Source of the DNA: Proteromonas lacertae | Taxonomy: Eukaryota | Length of the DNA: 39,653 bases | Assembly (NCBI GenBank): GCA_002245135.1 | Contig: NGBS01000047.1 | Coordinates: 1-39,653 of the forward strand | Direction of reading: 5' to 3' | In this document: positions 12,075 to 26,133 of the stretch, piece by piece | Layout: every line of letters begins with the position of its first letter | How positions within the stretch are numbered: the stretch's first letter is position 1 | Position numbers and translations under genes: made by a program | Notes under the pieces: generated by a model | What the model saw: the letters and a program-made list of their open reading frames with translations, nothing else | The model's database searches: none | What the model was told of the DNA's origin: nothing

Positions 12075-15000
12075 ATGACAAGTGATTTAAAAGAAATAGA
12101 GCTGGTAGTTAATACAGCTCCAAAATTATCAAATCATGTATACATACATAATCTTTGTCTATCATTTAAATATCTTTCTAATCCAATTAGATTTACAAAT
12201 ACACCGCTGTTGAACTTAGCTGTCCTGATGCTGAACATAAAGATTCCCTGTTTGACTGGCAGATGGAGAATAATGGCGCTGAAACCATAGAAAAGTATGG
12301 CGGATTAGAATTCATAGCAGAATCACTTGGAACTGATTTAATGAAAGTATATATTAGCTAATCTATTTTTTTACAGGGTTTATCAGATGAGCAAGTGAAG
12401 GATGAGAAAAGAGAAGAGATTTATGGTAATAACAGACATGAGAAGCACAAACCAATAACTTATTGTGAGTTAATATGTGAAGGTCTTCATGATTTAATTA
12501 TGCAAATATTCATAGTGGCATGTATAATTTCAATCATAGCTGGTATTGCTACAGAAGGATGGGAAACTGGTTGGATTGAAGGTTTTGCCATCTTTGTCGC
12601 TGTAGTAGTCATTATAAATGTAGAAGCTATCAATGATCTTCAAAAAGACAAACAATTTGCTGAATTAAGTGAAATTAATGCCAATAAGGATGTAAAAGTA
12701 TTAAGAAATGGTGAAGAGTGTACAATCTCAACAGATGATCTAGTAGTTGGTGATGTAATGATTTTAACAGGTGGTGATACTGTTCCAGCAGATGGTATTC
12801 TTATCTCAGGAGTGAATATCAAAGTGGATGAATCAAAATTAACTGGTGAATCAAAACAATTAACAAAGAATAAAGAGAAAAACCCATTTTTAGTTTCTAG
12901 TTCTGATGTTCATGATGGCTATATGAGATGCTTAGTAACTGCTGTTGGTGCAAATAGTGTATTTGGTAAATTAAAATCATTGGTAGAAAGTGGAAATAAT
13001 GAAACAACTCCCTTACAATCAAAATTAATTCGTTTAACTAAACAGTTAACAGTTTTAGGTGCAGTTATTGCTAGTTTAGTTACTATTATATTATTATTGA
13101 CACATTTTATTGAATTTGGTATTGGAAATGGTACAGTAGATGAACATGGAGATCCTTATTGGGCTAAATCAAATTGGAATACTTTAATGGAATATATATT
13201 AACTGGTATTGCCTTATTAGTTATAGTTATACCTGAAGGTTTACCATTAGCTGTAACAATTGCTTTAGCTTATTCAGTAAAGAGAATGATGAAAGATAAT
13301 AATCTCGTTAGACATTTAGATGCTTGTGAAACTATGGGTGGTGCTAATACAATTTGTAGTGATAAAACTGGTACTTTAACAAAAGGACAAATGACTGTAG
13401 TTCAAACATGGGTATTGGATGATAAAGATGGTAAATTTTTAAGTAAAAGAAATATTCAACATCATCATCATCACCATCATAATGATAATGATAATAAAGA
13501 TGAAAATGAAGAAGTTAAAGAGGAAGTAAAAGAAGTCAAACCAACAGAAAAATCAAATGAAAATATATTAGATAATGAACATAAAGAATTCATAAATGAA
13601 TGTAAGAAAATACCTCAAAATTTAATGGAATTACTCACAGAGAATTGCTGTTTAAATAATGATGGATTTCTTACTAATAAAAGTGATACAAATTCAAAGA
13701 ATCCTGATGATAATAAGAGTAATAATAGTAAAACAGAACAAGGAATTGGTAGTTCTGTAGATGTAGCAATGTTATTTTGGATGAAAGAATTAGGAATAGA
13801 TTATAAGAAATGTCGAGAATTAACACCAAAAGTAACTGAAGAAGTAGATAATAAACAATCAATAATAGCAACAATACCATTTCATAGTGATAGAAAGAGA
13901 TCTTCCTGTGTGGTTAAATACAATAATAATCATTATAGAGTATATGTAAAAGGTGCTCCAGAGATGTTAGTAAGATTATCAGATCAAATGAAAAGTGAAG
14001 TTGAAGGTGAATATAAAGCATTAACTGGAACAGTATATGAAGATGAAAATGGAAAATTGATAGGTGAAGGAAGTAGAAAAAGAATAGTTCAATCTGTAGT
14101 TAATAAAATGGCAAGTACTGGTTTAAGAATTATTGGTTTAGGATATAGAGATTTTGATCATGAAATAGACTGGAATGAATTGGTTGAATATAAAACAGAA
14201 GATCAGAAAGGAGTAGGAAAATGTCCAGTTATTGAAGATCATTTAACATTAATCGGATTCATTGGTTTAGAAGATCCAGTAAGACCAGAAGTACCTGATT
14301 GTGTATTGAAATGTCAAGATGCTGGTATATTTGTAAGAATGGTAACTGGTGATGCAATGGATACAGCTAAATCAATAGCTAAACAATGTCATATATATCA
14401 TGAAGAAATGAGAATTGATAAATATAATAAATGCCATCCACCTGGTATATGTATGAGTGGAAGTCAATTCAGAGAATTAGTTGGTGGATTAGTTTTACCA
14501 CCTCATTTTTATCATGAATGTCATTGTCAGAATTATGCAACTGATCCTCATTTCAAAGTTGATTATGTTAGTCCTATTGGATTTCCTTCAATTGTTGGAC
14601 ATATTAGTGAAAACTGTAAGAATTGGACTACTGATGCAATCACTAAAAGAAGTAGTGCTTGTACAGATGAATGTAAGAAATATGGTTGTGTTAAACAACT
14701 TACTAATAAGAATAATAATAACGATGAAAAAGAATTACAGAAGTATAAAGTTGTAAAGAATCAAGCTGCATTTGATCCATTAGTTGATCGATTGCAAGTC
14801 TTAGCAAGATCTGCTCCAACCGATAAACATTTATTAGTAACTGGTTTAATGGAAAGAGGACAAGTTGTAGCAGTAACAGGTGATGGTACAAATGATGGTC
14901 CTGCTTTAGCTAAATCGAATGTTGGTTTTGCAATGGGAATTAGTGGTACTTCAGTAGCACAAGAAGCATCAGATATTATCTTGATGGATGATAATTTTGT

Positions 15001-15907
15001 ATCAATAGTAGCAGCAGTTAAATGGGGTAGAAATATATATGATAGTACTAGAAAATTCTTACAATTCCAATTAGCAGTGAGTGGTGTAGCAACAGTAATT
15101 GGATTTGTTAGTGGTTTAATCTTACGTGAAACGCCTTTAAAACCAATTCAAATGCAATGGGTTCATTTAATTATGGATACATTAGCAGCAGTTGCTTTAG
15201 CTACAGAATATCCAACTCCTGACCAATTGGATCGAGAACCTTATAATAAAAATGATTCAATAATGAATGCAACTATGTTTAGAAATATACTGAGTTACTT
15301 CATCTATCAAGTTTCAATTTTAATGTTTTTGATATTTGATGGTCATAATATATTTGGTGAACCAGTTGGAATTAGAATTGGATTTGGAGCTCCTCCAACT
15401 GTTCATATTACAATGGTGTTTAATACGTTTGCAATGTTGCAAATATTTAATCAAATTTGTGCTAGAAAATTGAATAATGAATGGAATTATTTAGAAAATG
15501 TTAGTAGTGGCTATGTATTTATTGGTATTTTAATAGTTGAATTTTTAATTCAAATCACAATCGTATCAATAGGTTCAACTGTGTTTAGCGTAGTTCGATT
15601 ATCATTTGTTCAACATTTATATTGTATGTTAATGGCAATATGTTGTATAATAAATGGAGAAGTATGTAGATTTGTTCCACCTAAATTATTCCAAATTAGT
15701 CTTCCTACTAGTTATAAGATATATGGTGAAGGTTTAGCTAATGCTTTGACATCCAGTCGTAGAAGTCAATACAGTTTACCAGATGTTAGCTCTTCATCTC
15801 CTAGATATTCCAGCAGAACTAGAAGTAAAAGTATTAGAAATTCAATATCGAGAAGAGGAAGTTTCAGTGAGAGGAGAAGAAGTTTTGTTTCACAGATATT
15901 TAAATAG
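12075..15907 (+). CDS. P2B-type (PMCA-like) P-type ATPase, two 5' introns (12138-12190, 12347-12376)
   Basis: TGES, PEGLPLAVT, CSDKTGTLT (phospho-Asp), KGAPE, DPVR, MVTGD, VTGDGTNDGPAL, WGRNIYDSTRKFLQFQL, LIMDT..LATE. Confidence 0.95.
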
Positions 15908-16177
15908 AATTTAAAGTAAATAATTACTCTATTTTTATAAGCGTATATTATTTGAAATTTATTTGTTGGATTATAGGAAAAGATATATTCTTTAATGATA
16001 TAAATGTGTATATATATATTTTTACCATCAGAGAACTGAATGAAGAGTATAGGAAACGGAAATAAAACTCATAGAAAGTTAATTGATGGTAACATGTATT
16101 AATACAATTAATTAATTGATGTTTGTTGTTGTTTAAAAGATTTGTTAAAATATAGTCGTTTCTGAAATACAAATAAA

Positions 16178-17787
16178 ATGAAAATACTCTTTCTTCTATT
16201 GTCATTTTGCGTTGTTATTTATTCTTTTCAGAAACCAAATGTGTTATTTATAAGTATAGATTGTAATTATGTGTAATTGATAATAGTTTTGGATGATCTT
16301 GGTTATCATGATGTTGGTTACCATGATTCTCAATTGAGAACACCTACTATTGATAAATTAGCAGAAGATGGGATAAAATTAGAGAATTATTATGTTGAAT
16401 CTCTTTGCACTCCTTCAAGAGCAGTATAGTTGAATATTATACTCATTTTTATCACAATAGGCGTTTATGACAGGAAGATATCCAATGAGATATGGCTTAC
16501 AGAAATTAGTGCTTGAACCAGATAATCCCTTTGCATTATCAGAGAATGAAACAGTACTACCTCAAATACTAAAGCAAGAAGGATATTCCAATTATGCAAT
16601 AGGTAAATGGCATTTAGGTATGTATAAATGGAGATATACACCAACATTTAGAGGTTTTGATCAATTTTATGGCTATTATCAAGGAGGTGAAGATTACTTT
16701 ACACATACAGTTTTAAACGGTTATGATTTCAGAAATGAAAGTAAACCATATTGTGGTAGTAATTGTTCAGTAGTTGATTTTAAATCAAATGGAACATACA
16801 GTACATTTTTATTCACACAAGAAGCTATTAGAATGTTGTATAATCATAAAAACTCTAATGAAGATAAAGGAAAACCATTTTTTATGTATTTAGCTCAACA
16901 AGGTGTACATAATCCAACAGAAGCACCACAAGAATATATTGATAAATTTAAACATATAAAGAATTTAGATAGAAGGACATTTGCAGCTCAATTATACTTA
17001 GTAGATGAAAGTATCAAAAATATAACAAATGTAATGAAAGAATTGGGCTATTTGAATAATACTTTAATTATATTTACCACTGATAATGGCGCTTGTCAAT
17101 GTAATAGTATGTGTTTAGATAATAATGGTTGTAATTGGCCTTATCGATCAGGTAAAGAAAGTCAATTTAATGGAGGTGTAAAAGGAGTTTCATTTATTAG
17201 TGGAAATATTGTTAAACAGTATAAGAAAAAAGATGATTTTAAGGTTTATAATGGAATGTTACATATGGTTGATTGGTTGCCGACTATTACTGGATTATTG
17301 AATATTTCTATTGATAATAAAACACTTCCATTAGATGGATATAATCAATGGAATGAAATAATGAATAATCAAAAATCAAAAAGAAATGAAATATTATTAA
17401 ATACTGTTATAGATGAAGTTGATGCTTATATTATGGGTAAATGGAAGTTTATAACTGGCAAAGTGAATGGTGTATATGATGGTTGGATTCCAGTTCCAGA
17501 TTCTGAAGAAGAAAATTATCCAAGTGATAAATGTTTGAAGAATCAACCAATTGATTATTTATTTGATATTGAGAATGATCCATTAGAAAAAAATAATTTG
17601 GTTGATGAATATCCTGAGATTGTAAATGAAATGAAGAAAAAAATACAAAAATATAAAGATGAAGCAGCAGATGAGTATAAAAATATTTATATTTAATATA
17701 ATTGTTAATAGAAATCCTGGAATACATGATCCTAAAGCAGATCCTTCTAATTTTGGAGGTATTTGGACTCCTTGGGATGGAATTTAA
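16178..17787 (+). CDS. Secreted/lysosomal Cys-type arylsulfatase (ARSB-like), 4 exons
   Basis: Signal peptide [34 protein letters not shown]; formylglycine motif CTPSRAAFMTGRY; GKWHLG; IFTTDNG; C-terminal GGIWTPW after the last intron. Confidence 0.93.
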
Positions 17788-18115
17788 TCGATTTTATCAT
17801 TTTTCTTTGTTTTTTATGAATTAATTGCAGAATTAATGTGAATTAACAAAAATATATGAATAATTATGCTAAAGAAGCAGTAAAATATGTAATACATTGT
17901 TTTTTTAATTCTTTTGGTAATAATTTGTTGTATGAAACAACATATACTAGTGATTAACGTTTGTGGTTAGTAAAGTTTAGTTAACATGTAGTAGATCTAA
18001 TATACATACATTGTTTAGTGTATTTTACTACGTTTATGTAGATACACTTGACAATTTCAGAAAATTACATTCATTTTTAAAACCACCATCTAATAAATTT
18101 ATATAAACAAAAATG

Positions 18116-21100
18116 TTAATAATTTAATGTTCTTTCCAACATATTATTCTCTGCTTCTGACAAATTCTGTCTTAAGTGAGTTATTTCACTCGAAGATTCA
18201 TTAAATGCTTTCTATTACGTAATAATATTATAAATAAATATGACAATACTATAATAGTAGCTTTATAAAATTGATAACAATTCAATTTTGGTAAGATTGT
18301 ATCTAAATTCACAAGACTAATCTCTTGAGAAGGACTTAAGAATAAATCACCACCTACTTCAGCACTAGAAGTATTTATAATGTCAAAATCATCTTCATCT
18401 ATTTCATAGCTTGCTTCTATATCACTTTCTCCATAAGAATCTTTGCTTTGTTTTCTGTGATTATCACTTCCTGTAGAAACAGCAGTTTCACTGAATGATT
18501 TATCAATTCTATTATTATTACATATAATATATATATATATATATACAATTGAGATTGTTCATGTAATAAATCAACTAACGATAGTAAATTCTTCATAATC
18601 TATTAATACATATGATAATTAAAACAATATAATACATTTACTATTTGTGATTTGAGTTGTTCTGTCCAACCTGATATTTTAATTGTAAATAATGAAGTAT
18701 AGAAGAGAATTAATATGATTTTCTCGCCCATACAATAGTCAAATGGATTAATCAATAGTATAGCATTTAACAACTAAAATATAATAATTAATAATATAAT
18801 ATAAATATACTGTTTCTAACATATTATTAGAAATGATAATCTGTAAGGAAATAATTGGATTTGAATAGATCAATACTTGAAACAACTGTAAGATCCTTCT
18901 TGAAATTGTGTTTTGACTTGTTATATCATATTTTGATAGTTTGATATATAATGGAGGTATAACAATCGAATAGATTTCAGTAGAAACACAAGAGTATTTT
19001 AACATGAATATAATCATCAATAAACAGTCATAAGATATTATGTATTCAGTTTCGTTTGTCTCTATCATATGAAGAATGTATTTTATAAATATTACATATG
19101 GTGTTACTTGAATATTATCATATTCCACTTGTTTAGTGTAAAATGTATCATCCCTATATATATTGCATATAAAAAAAGAACTATACCATTTTGTTAAATA
19201 AGAATAGAGAACTTTTGTAGTGAAAGTATAACGATTATGAAATGAATAGAGTATTTTCATAAGCAAAGGATACAATGGATAATAATCTATATATATATAT
19301 ATATAACTGTTAATATTAAGATCAATACAGTGAATGTTATTGGTTGATGATATTAACCATGATAATATAGGTAAAACTATAAATAAATAAACAAAACAGT
19401 TAATAATACTGGAGCTATAGATTTCATCATAATTAATTTCATTAAATGATCTCTATAAGAAGAAGTATAAATAATAAAAATATACATAAATAATAGCAAG
19501 AATCTTTTCTTCTATTGCAGTATAATTGATAATATTATTGCTTGTTGACACAGCTTCACTAATAGTATTTAAAACATCCAAACAATTTGTCAAACAAAAC
19601 AGTTCTTCATCAGTATCACCATTGTCATTTTTCACATTCAATAAAGTGCTATTATACAATGAACATATTACTTCTGTTATTTTGGGGAATATGTCTTGGA
19701 TTGATTCACAATATTCTCTATTATACAATATATATATGTATATAAAGAATAACAGTATATGTGTACATTAATATAGAATCTAAACATGTGATTAAATCAC
19801 TTAATTTCATAGTGAGTATGAGATCTAATAAAATATCTATTATTTGTGGTAATTGATTGATGTTCTGTAATACTGATTTGAATTGTTGTTCACATATTAA
19901 ATAACAAATATCTATGCAAGGATAAACAATAATTAATAATGAATACTTGTAGCTGAAAATGCTCTTACAGCAATATTCTTATCATTTAAACACTATTTAA
20001 AAATATATATTTATATAAAAACAATAAAGGAAAATACACTAATATAACCATCTATTATGGTTTGAGGATAAAGTTGATTGGTATAAAGGAAATTTCTGTA
20101 TTGTTTAATAACCCAACAAGCTCTTGATCTTAAATAACCAATTTCTGACTTTAGTTCTGGTATAATATGTTGAACAATAAGTAACTCCTATAAAATGATT
20201 AATATATATATATATATATATAATACTAACTGTGAAGAATATTCTTTCATTCTCAATAGATTTGGCGCAAGAATACCAATTGCATTCATCAATCCATCTT
20301 TCAAATGATGATTTTTCACAACACAATTATCATTCTGATACTTAATCAATTCATTTCCAATATAATTCATCAATGGATTGAATATAATTGAAGTTTTTGT
20401 TTTGAATAATTCAACCAATAGTTGATAAGCACCATATTGAGGTTCAAATGAACTTTCACTACAATCGCAACTTCTTCTTATATATTCTACTGGATCATTA
20501 GTCCATAATTCTATTCCATCTTCAGTAATACATAACCATTTAATAATAATATTAACTATGATATAATCTAATCTACTGCAAATGGCATTACACGTTACAT
20601 CAAATTCTACACAATTCTTTAAGTATATTAAACTGTTGAATATAATAATTGGAGTTGGTGTTATATTGGTAGATGATTCTTGAAGAAATATTATTATTGA
20701 TTGTAGATATGATAATAGCCAAGTGTTTATCCAATAATTAGTAAATGATATATGCTCAGGATCTCTATCAATTAATAAATAAATAAATAAATAAATAATA
20801 TATAATATAATACTTTCTGTGACTAAATGATAAATGTATTTTATTGATTATATATAATATCCATTTCCTTATTTTCCATTTTATTTCTATTATATTACTA
20901 TTATTATTATTATTATTCATTACAACACTATTATCCAATATTTGTTTAAATAATTCAAACCATTTCGAACTGAATTCTCTATTACTGTATATGATTTCCT
21001 TATTTAACTTTAAAGAATAAAAGAATATCTTCATTATTTCTTTTTCTATGTTTAATGATATTATATCTTCATTATCCTTTAGGTTGTAACTTATTGACAA

Positions 21101-21703
21101 AATTACTGGAAATACAACTTGTATTAATGGAAATATAAAAGCTCTTTTAGTAACTGTAGTAAAAACATATTTATTAATAATCTCTTTTAATGGAAATAAA
21201 ATCCTATATATCTTTAATAAATCGTTACTTTCAAAGATTCTGTTTATATCATTTATTAGAGTTGGCCATTCTTCTAAGTTAATTGGCTATTTAAAATATA
21301 ATAATAATATATAAGATACTGCTATCTCTTTCACAATTGTTGATAATAACTTCAAAGAAGCCATATCATTTAACTCACTAATATGATTAATCACATTTTC
21401 AAGAATTACTTTCTTATCCCTATCATTAATCGATGTTGTACTGTAAACTAATTTTTTCAATAAACAAACTGCCATCTACAACAAAATATACAAACATATA
21501 CTAGTTTACAAAATGAATCTGCTTCACTACTATTTACAACAGCAATTTTATACAATGACAATACGAATGTATCATTTCCAACTTGCTATTCAGAATGATC
21601 TGTAATTATATACATTTTCAAGCTCTTTTTCTGCATTCCTTCTAACATCATTATTTTGAGATTGAAGATTCTTCAATAATCCAATTATTTCATATTCATT
21701 CAT
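18116..21703 (-). CDS. Importin-beta family karyopherin, importin-7/8-like, >12 short introns
   Basis: IBN_N-like start (NDVRRNAEKELE), EEWPTLI, ELWTNDPVEYIRR, KDGLMNAIGILA, YLRSRACWVI, acidic C-terminal loop. All introns are GT-AG and give a continuous frame to TAA at 18116. Confidence 0.88.
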
Positions 21704-21814
21704 TAGAATTTTCTAGAATTGAAAAAAAGAACCAAACCTAGTAATCAAGCTTGCATATATTTGAAACAAAAAAATAAAAATACTCGTTTCAATTCATTCA
21801 TTTCTTTTTTGAAA

Positions 21815-22774
21815 ATGGCTAGAAATGAAGAAAAAGCAGCTGGTTTAATGAACAGATGGGTTAGTACAAAACAAATGCTGAGGTTAGGTGTTCAAAAGTA
21901 TGGAATATTAATTATTTATTCAAATAGAGAGAGACCAACAGTGCCATCTCAAGTTGATAATGTTGCAGAGTGTGAGCGATGGAGAACCCAACTTTTGACA
22001 GAAATATCTAGAAATATAACCAAAATACAAGATAGTATGTTCTTATTTCATAACTGTAATAGCTCTATTACCTGAAACAACAATTCGTGATTTAAACGAT
22101 GAAATAAACAAGCAACTAAAAGAAAAATTCTTCTGGGAAAAGCAAATATTAGATTTAGGTGGTCCAAACTATATACAAGAATCAAAAAGGTTAGAAGCAT
22201 CTGAAAAGAAGTATCAAATAGGTAATTATCGATATTTTGGAGCAGCAAGGCAACTTCCAGGAGTTAAAGAACTGTTTGAAGAAGATGATGTTAAAGTATT
22301 TTTATTTTTAAAGTTTATATTTTTATATAGCCTCAAAGACGTAGTAGGTATGATATGTATAAATGTATATCATGTGATTATTATGGATACCGTGATGAAG
22401 ATGATGGAGTGATATTAGAAAAAGAAAAAGAGGCAGAAAGAATAGCAATAGAAATAGAATTAGCAAATTACAAAAGAGATGAAGAAAATAGAAAAGCAGA
22501 GAAGAAGATGGCTATTGAAAGTGGTGCTATTGTTGAAAGTATATAATTGTTTGTATATAATATCGAATAGATGAAGAAGATGAAGATGATATTGATATGA
22601 ACAACTTTTGCATTAGCTTAAATGTATATATAAATCGTTGCTTATAGTATTAAATAGGGGTTAGTAGCAATTCCATCCCAGAAAGACTTAAATGAATTAA
22701 TGAAGAAGAGAAGAGAAGTATTTGAAGAAGAAGAACCAAGTGTAAATGATAAAAATAATACAAATGAAAATTAG
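21815..22774 (+). CDS. ISY1: Pre-mRNA splicing factor ISY1 (NTC), 6 exons
   Basis: MARNEEKA..MNRW; ECERWR; IRDLNDEINK..EK..WE..I..LGGPNY; YRYFGAARQLPGVKELFE; YYGYRDEDDG. Confidence 0.96.
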
Positions 22775-22895
22775 TTAGTGTTATATATTTGTCATTTATT
22801 GAGTAAAGTTGAAAATAAAGAATTTTTGATCAAGTCAAAGCTTGACTTTTCAATCATTTTTCATTTTTTTGACTTTTTCTGTTAAATTTGAAAAC

Positions 22896-25800
22896 ATGAA
22901 TCCAAATGATTTACCAATTGCAAAACCATCAGGAGCCTCTTCAGAAGGCACCAAAAAACTATCACTAAATTCGTTCTTTCCTTCATTAGCTTCAAAAAAG
23001 ACAAGTTCTGTTGCTGCTCCAACACCAATCTCACTGCCACCAATGACAGAATCCAAATCGAATTTGTTAGAAGGATTATCAGAAACGTATGTCTTATATT
23101 TTAGTAATTTAATAAATTAGTGAAAATTATGTCCAAGAATTATCAAATGGTAAAAATAACTATGAAATTGGTTTAAGAAAAGAAGTTCTTTCTAATAGAC
23201 TTTTAATCAATTCTACTACTTTAGTTCTCAACTATTTGAATGTAAATAATCAATTTGTAGTTTATTCTCATCAAAATCAATATCGAATAGTAGAATATCA
23301 AACCACTCATTACACTCAATTAGAAAGTTATTTCGATGATGTTGAATCTTGTTGTTTAGGAAGTATTGATACTCAGTTATTAGCTGTTTTGCATAAAGAT
23401 TCAACAGTAAGTATAATGAATATTAAAGTAAACGAAGAAAAACCGGAATTGGAAGTAATTCGACAATACATCTTCCCCAAATCAGAAAATTGTTCGATTA
23501 TATGGAACCCTTACGAAGCATATATGTTACTCTACCATCAAGATAATAAATACATAATAATCAACATATTAGAGACAAATTCGAAAGATTTCTCAAATGA
23601 CATACCTAAAGATGAAATTATTATAAATAATAATAATATTTTAATATTATCAAGTGAAATATATAGTGAATCAGTCCAAGGACTTGTTTTTATATCCAAA
23701 AACATGTTTATCATTCAAACGTTAAAATCAATTTTATTAATACAAATAAACAAGAAAGAGAACTACTCAATGACCATTTTATCATGTTATAAAACAACTG
23801 AAAATTATGAAAGTGTTACTGGTTGTGAAATAAATGGAAAATATTACTGTTTAGGATATGAACAATCCAATAATCGAATTTCACTTTTATCTTTAGATAA
23901 TAGTAATACATTTCAACCAATTCAAGATTTAATCTTTACTGGCTTACCAACCAGATTATTTAATTCAAAATTAGTGTTTGTACCCAATTTGAATATGATA
24001 ATATTAAGTGGTTCAAATTATCAAGGAATATTCACAATAGGTATTAATGATTCAATTGGAATGGAATCTGTGACTGAATTGAAGATTATTGAACCACCTT
24101 CAACCGTTGGAGCAATATTTAATAATAAAATGAATATGTTATCGTTGATTATTGAATATGATAATATGATTTCAGTGTCAGATATAGAAATGAGTAAAAT
24201 ATTATTACATTCACATGAAATTAAGCGTATAATATTATATTCTATTATATATATATATAGCAATAATACTGTTTAACCGTCCAACTGATTTAATCAAAGG
24301 AATGAATAATAATAATAATAAATCCGTTTCATCTGTACAAAGTAATGGTTCATCTCCACTACAATCATCAGTTACAACTACAAGTACAACTACAAGTACA
24401 ACTACAGCTGCTCCAACCAATAATAAATCATTATTATCAATCTTATTACCAAAAGCTGCTAGTAATAATAGTTCATCATCTCCTTCTCATATTAATAGTA
24501 ATAATTCTAATAATACATCAACTTCATCTACATTATTTCCACCTTCACTTGGTATTAAACCATCTGTATATCATTCACCACCACCATCTTCATTAATACA
24601 ACAACAACCTGTATCTAGAACTCCTCCAATTCATCAAATAAAGAAATCTATTGAAGAATTATTACCACCTTCAAATGTGTCATTTCCTATTTCTGTATTT
24701 ATATATTATTATTATTATTATTATTTATATAAATAGAAGAATACTACTAAGATATCATTGGATGGTTTAGATGATAAAAGTAAAGATGATGAACCACAAA
24801 CACCATCACCAAAGGAAACTGATTCAAATACAAATTCAGCTGTATTAATATATATATATATATTAATAATATAATATATAGCAGAAATTATCCAATAGAA
24901 AAGCGAAGAAAAAGGACAAGAAGCATGTTCAACAACCACCTCCACCTCCACCTCCTATAAACTCTATAGGAGGAGTACCAATAAATGATTTAAACAAAAT
25001 CATCTCCAATATCTTAGATACAAAGGTAAACAAACTATTAAAAAAGATAGAAGGAATTCAAATAGAATCAGTAAAGAAAGATCAAGCTACAATAAGTACA
25101 GTTATTGATACTTTCAATATGAAAATGGATTCAATGAAGAAACAGATTGATTCAATTCCTGTGAATATTTTGACAAAGATAAATTCATGTTTTCAACAGT
25201 TGACTCAAGATATGGCGAGGTTAATATTATCAAATATGAATCAAATGTCGAAGGATTTAAATAAGACAATATTGTATAATCTATTTTTTTTAAGTATAAT
25301 TATTTTTGTAATAGAAATGGAATGAAAGGAACTTCTCAAATTACAGCAACTTGTGAGCAATATGAACAAGTAATGGACCAACAGATTAAATTCTATTTCA
25401 ATGAGCAATTAATCCCAACATTCAACAAACAAATGCAGGAAATGATTAGTGATTTAACATATAAAATTAGCAATAATACTAGTAGTCAAATTGAACAAAT
25501 GATTCAGTTACAATCTTCCATTAACCAATCAATGCAGAATATAATGTCCCAAACTGTCTCTCCAACTAGTGGTATGATAACTCCTATTCCTAGTCCAATC
25601 CAAATGCAAATATCACAAAGAGTACCTCCTGAAGTGTTGATACAGAGAGAACAGTATGATGATGCGTTTAAGGAGATGATGCAAAGACCTGATATTGAAG
25701 AGGTGATGATTAAATTATGCAAAGATTTAAATCCTAACAAGGTGGTGAAGAATTTATCTCCTCAGGTAATTCTGTCTGTTGTACAAGTGTTTGGAAGTAA

Positions 25801-25994
25801 TTTGGACAATGAAACTGCTATGAGATTGACTTGGATGAAAACTCTGTTAGTGTCAATTAATCCTGGTGATTATCCTGATTTATACAAGGCAGATGAAGAA
25901 GAAGATTTCTCCAAATCTTAGAAAATTGGCTCATTCTGACGATGATAACGGATACGACACTGAGGCCCAAGTTATTCTTAGATTATTACTATAA
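22896..25994 (+). CDS. EDC4: Enhancer of mRNA decapping EDC4/Ge-1/VARICOSE-like
   Basis: Divergent beta-propeller-like N-terminus, Ser/Pro-rich linker, helical region, and C-terminal LSPQVILSVVQVFGSNLDNETAMRLTWMKTLLVSINP matching the Ge-1 C-terminal domain; removing one G at ~25888 extends the frame to ...AQVILRLLL* at 25994. Confidence 0.75.
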
Positions 25995-26062
25995 TAATCC
26001 TAATGAGCCATATTCTTATTTGTTTTTGTGGGAATTTCCTGCCAATAGTTGAAAATTAACAC

Positions 26063-26074
26063 TTGGCGCGAAAA
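26063..26074 (-). promoter_or_regulatory. E2F-type site TTTTCGCGCCAA
   Basis: + strand TTGGCGCGAAAA matches TTTSSCGC, 60 bp upstream of ATG 26134; a GC-rich element in very AT-rich DNA. Confidence 0.55.
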
Positions 26075-26133
26075 ATATTAAAATATGAATTTTGGAGTTA
26101 GTTTGCTCTAAATCATTTATAGTCAATAGAAAT

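Noticed and set aside
12138..12190. 53-nt first PMCA intron as a second U12 intron
   Set aside because: Donor GTATACAT fits the local major GTAT consensus rather than GTATCCTT, and it ends in TAG.
17930..18070. Odd-composition intergenic stretch as possible ncRNA (similarly 5910-6060, 37830-37900)
   Set aside because: No convincing C/D or H/ACA boxes, tRNA cloverleaf or long stem by eye; an Infernal search would be needed.
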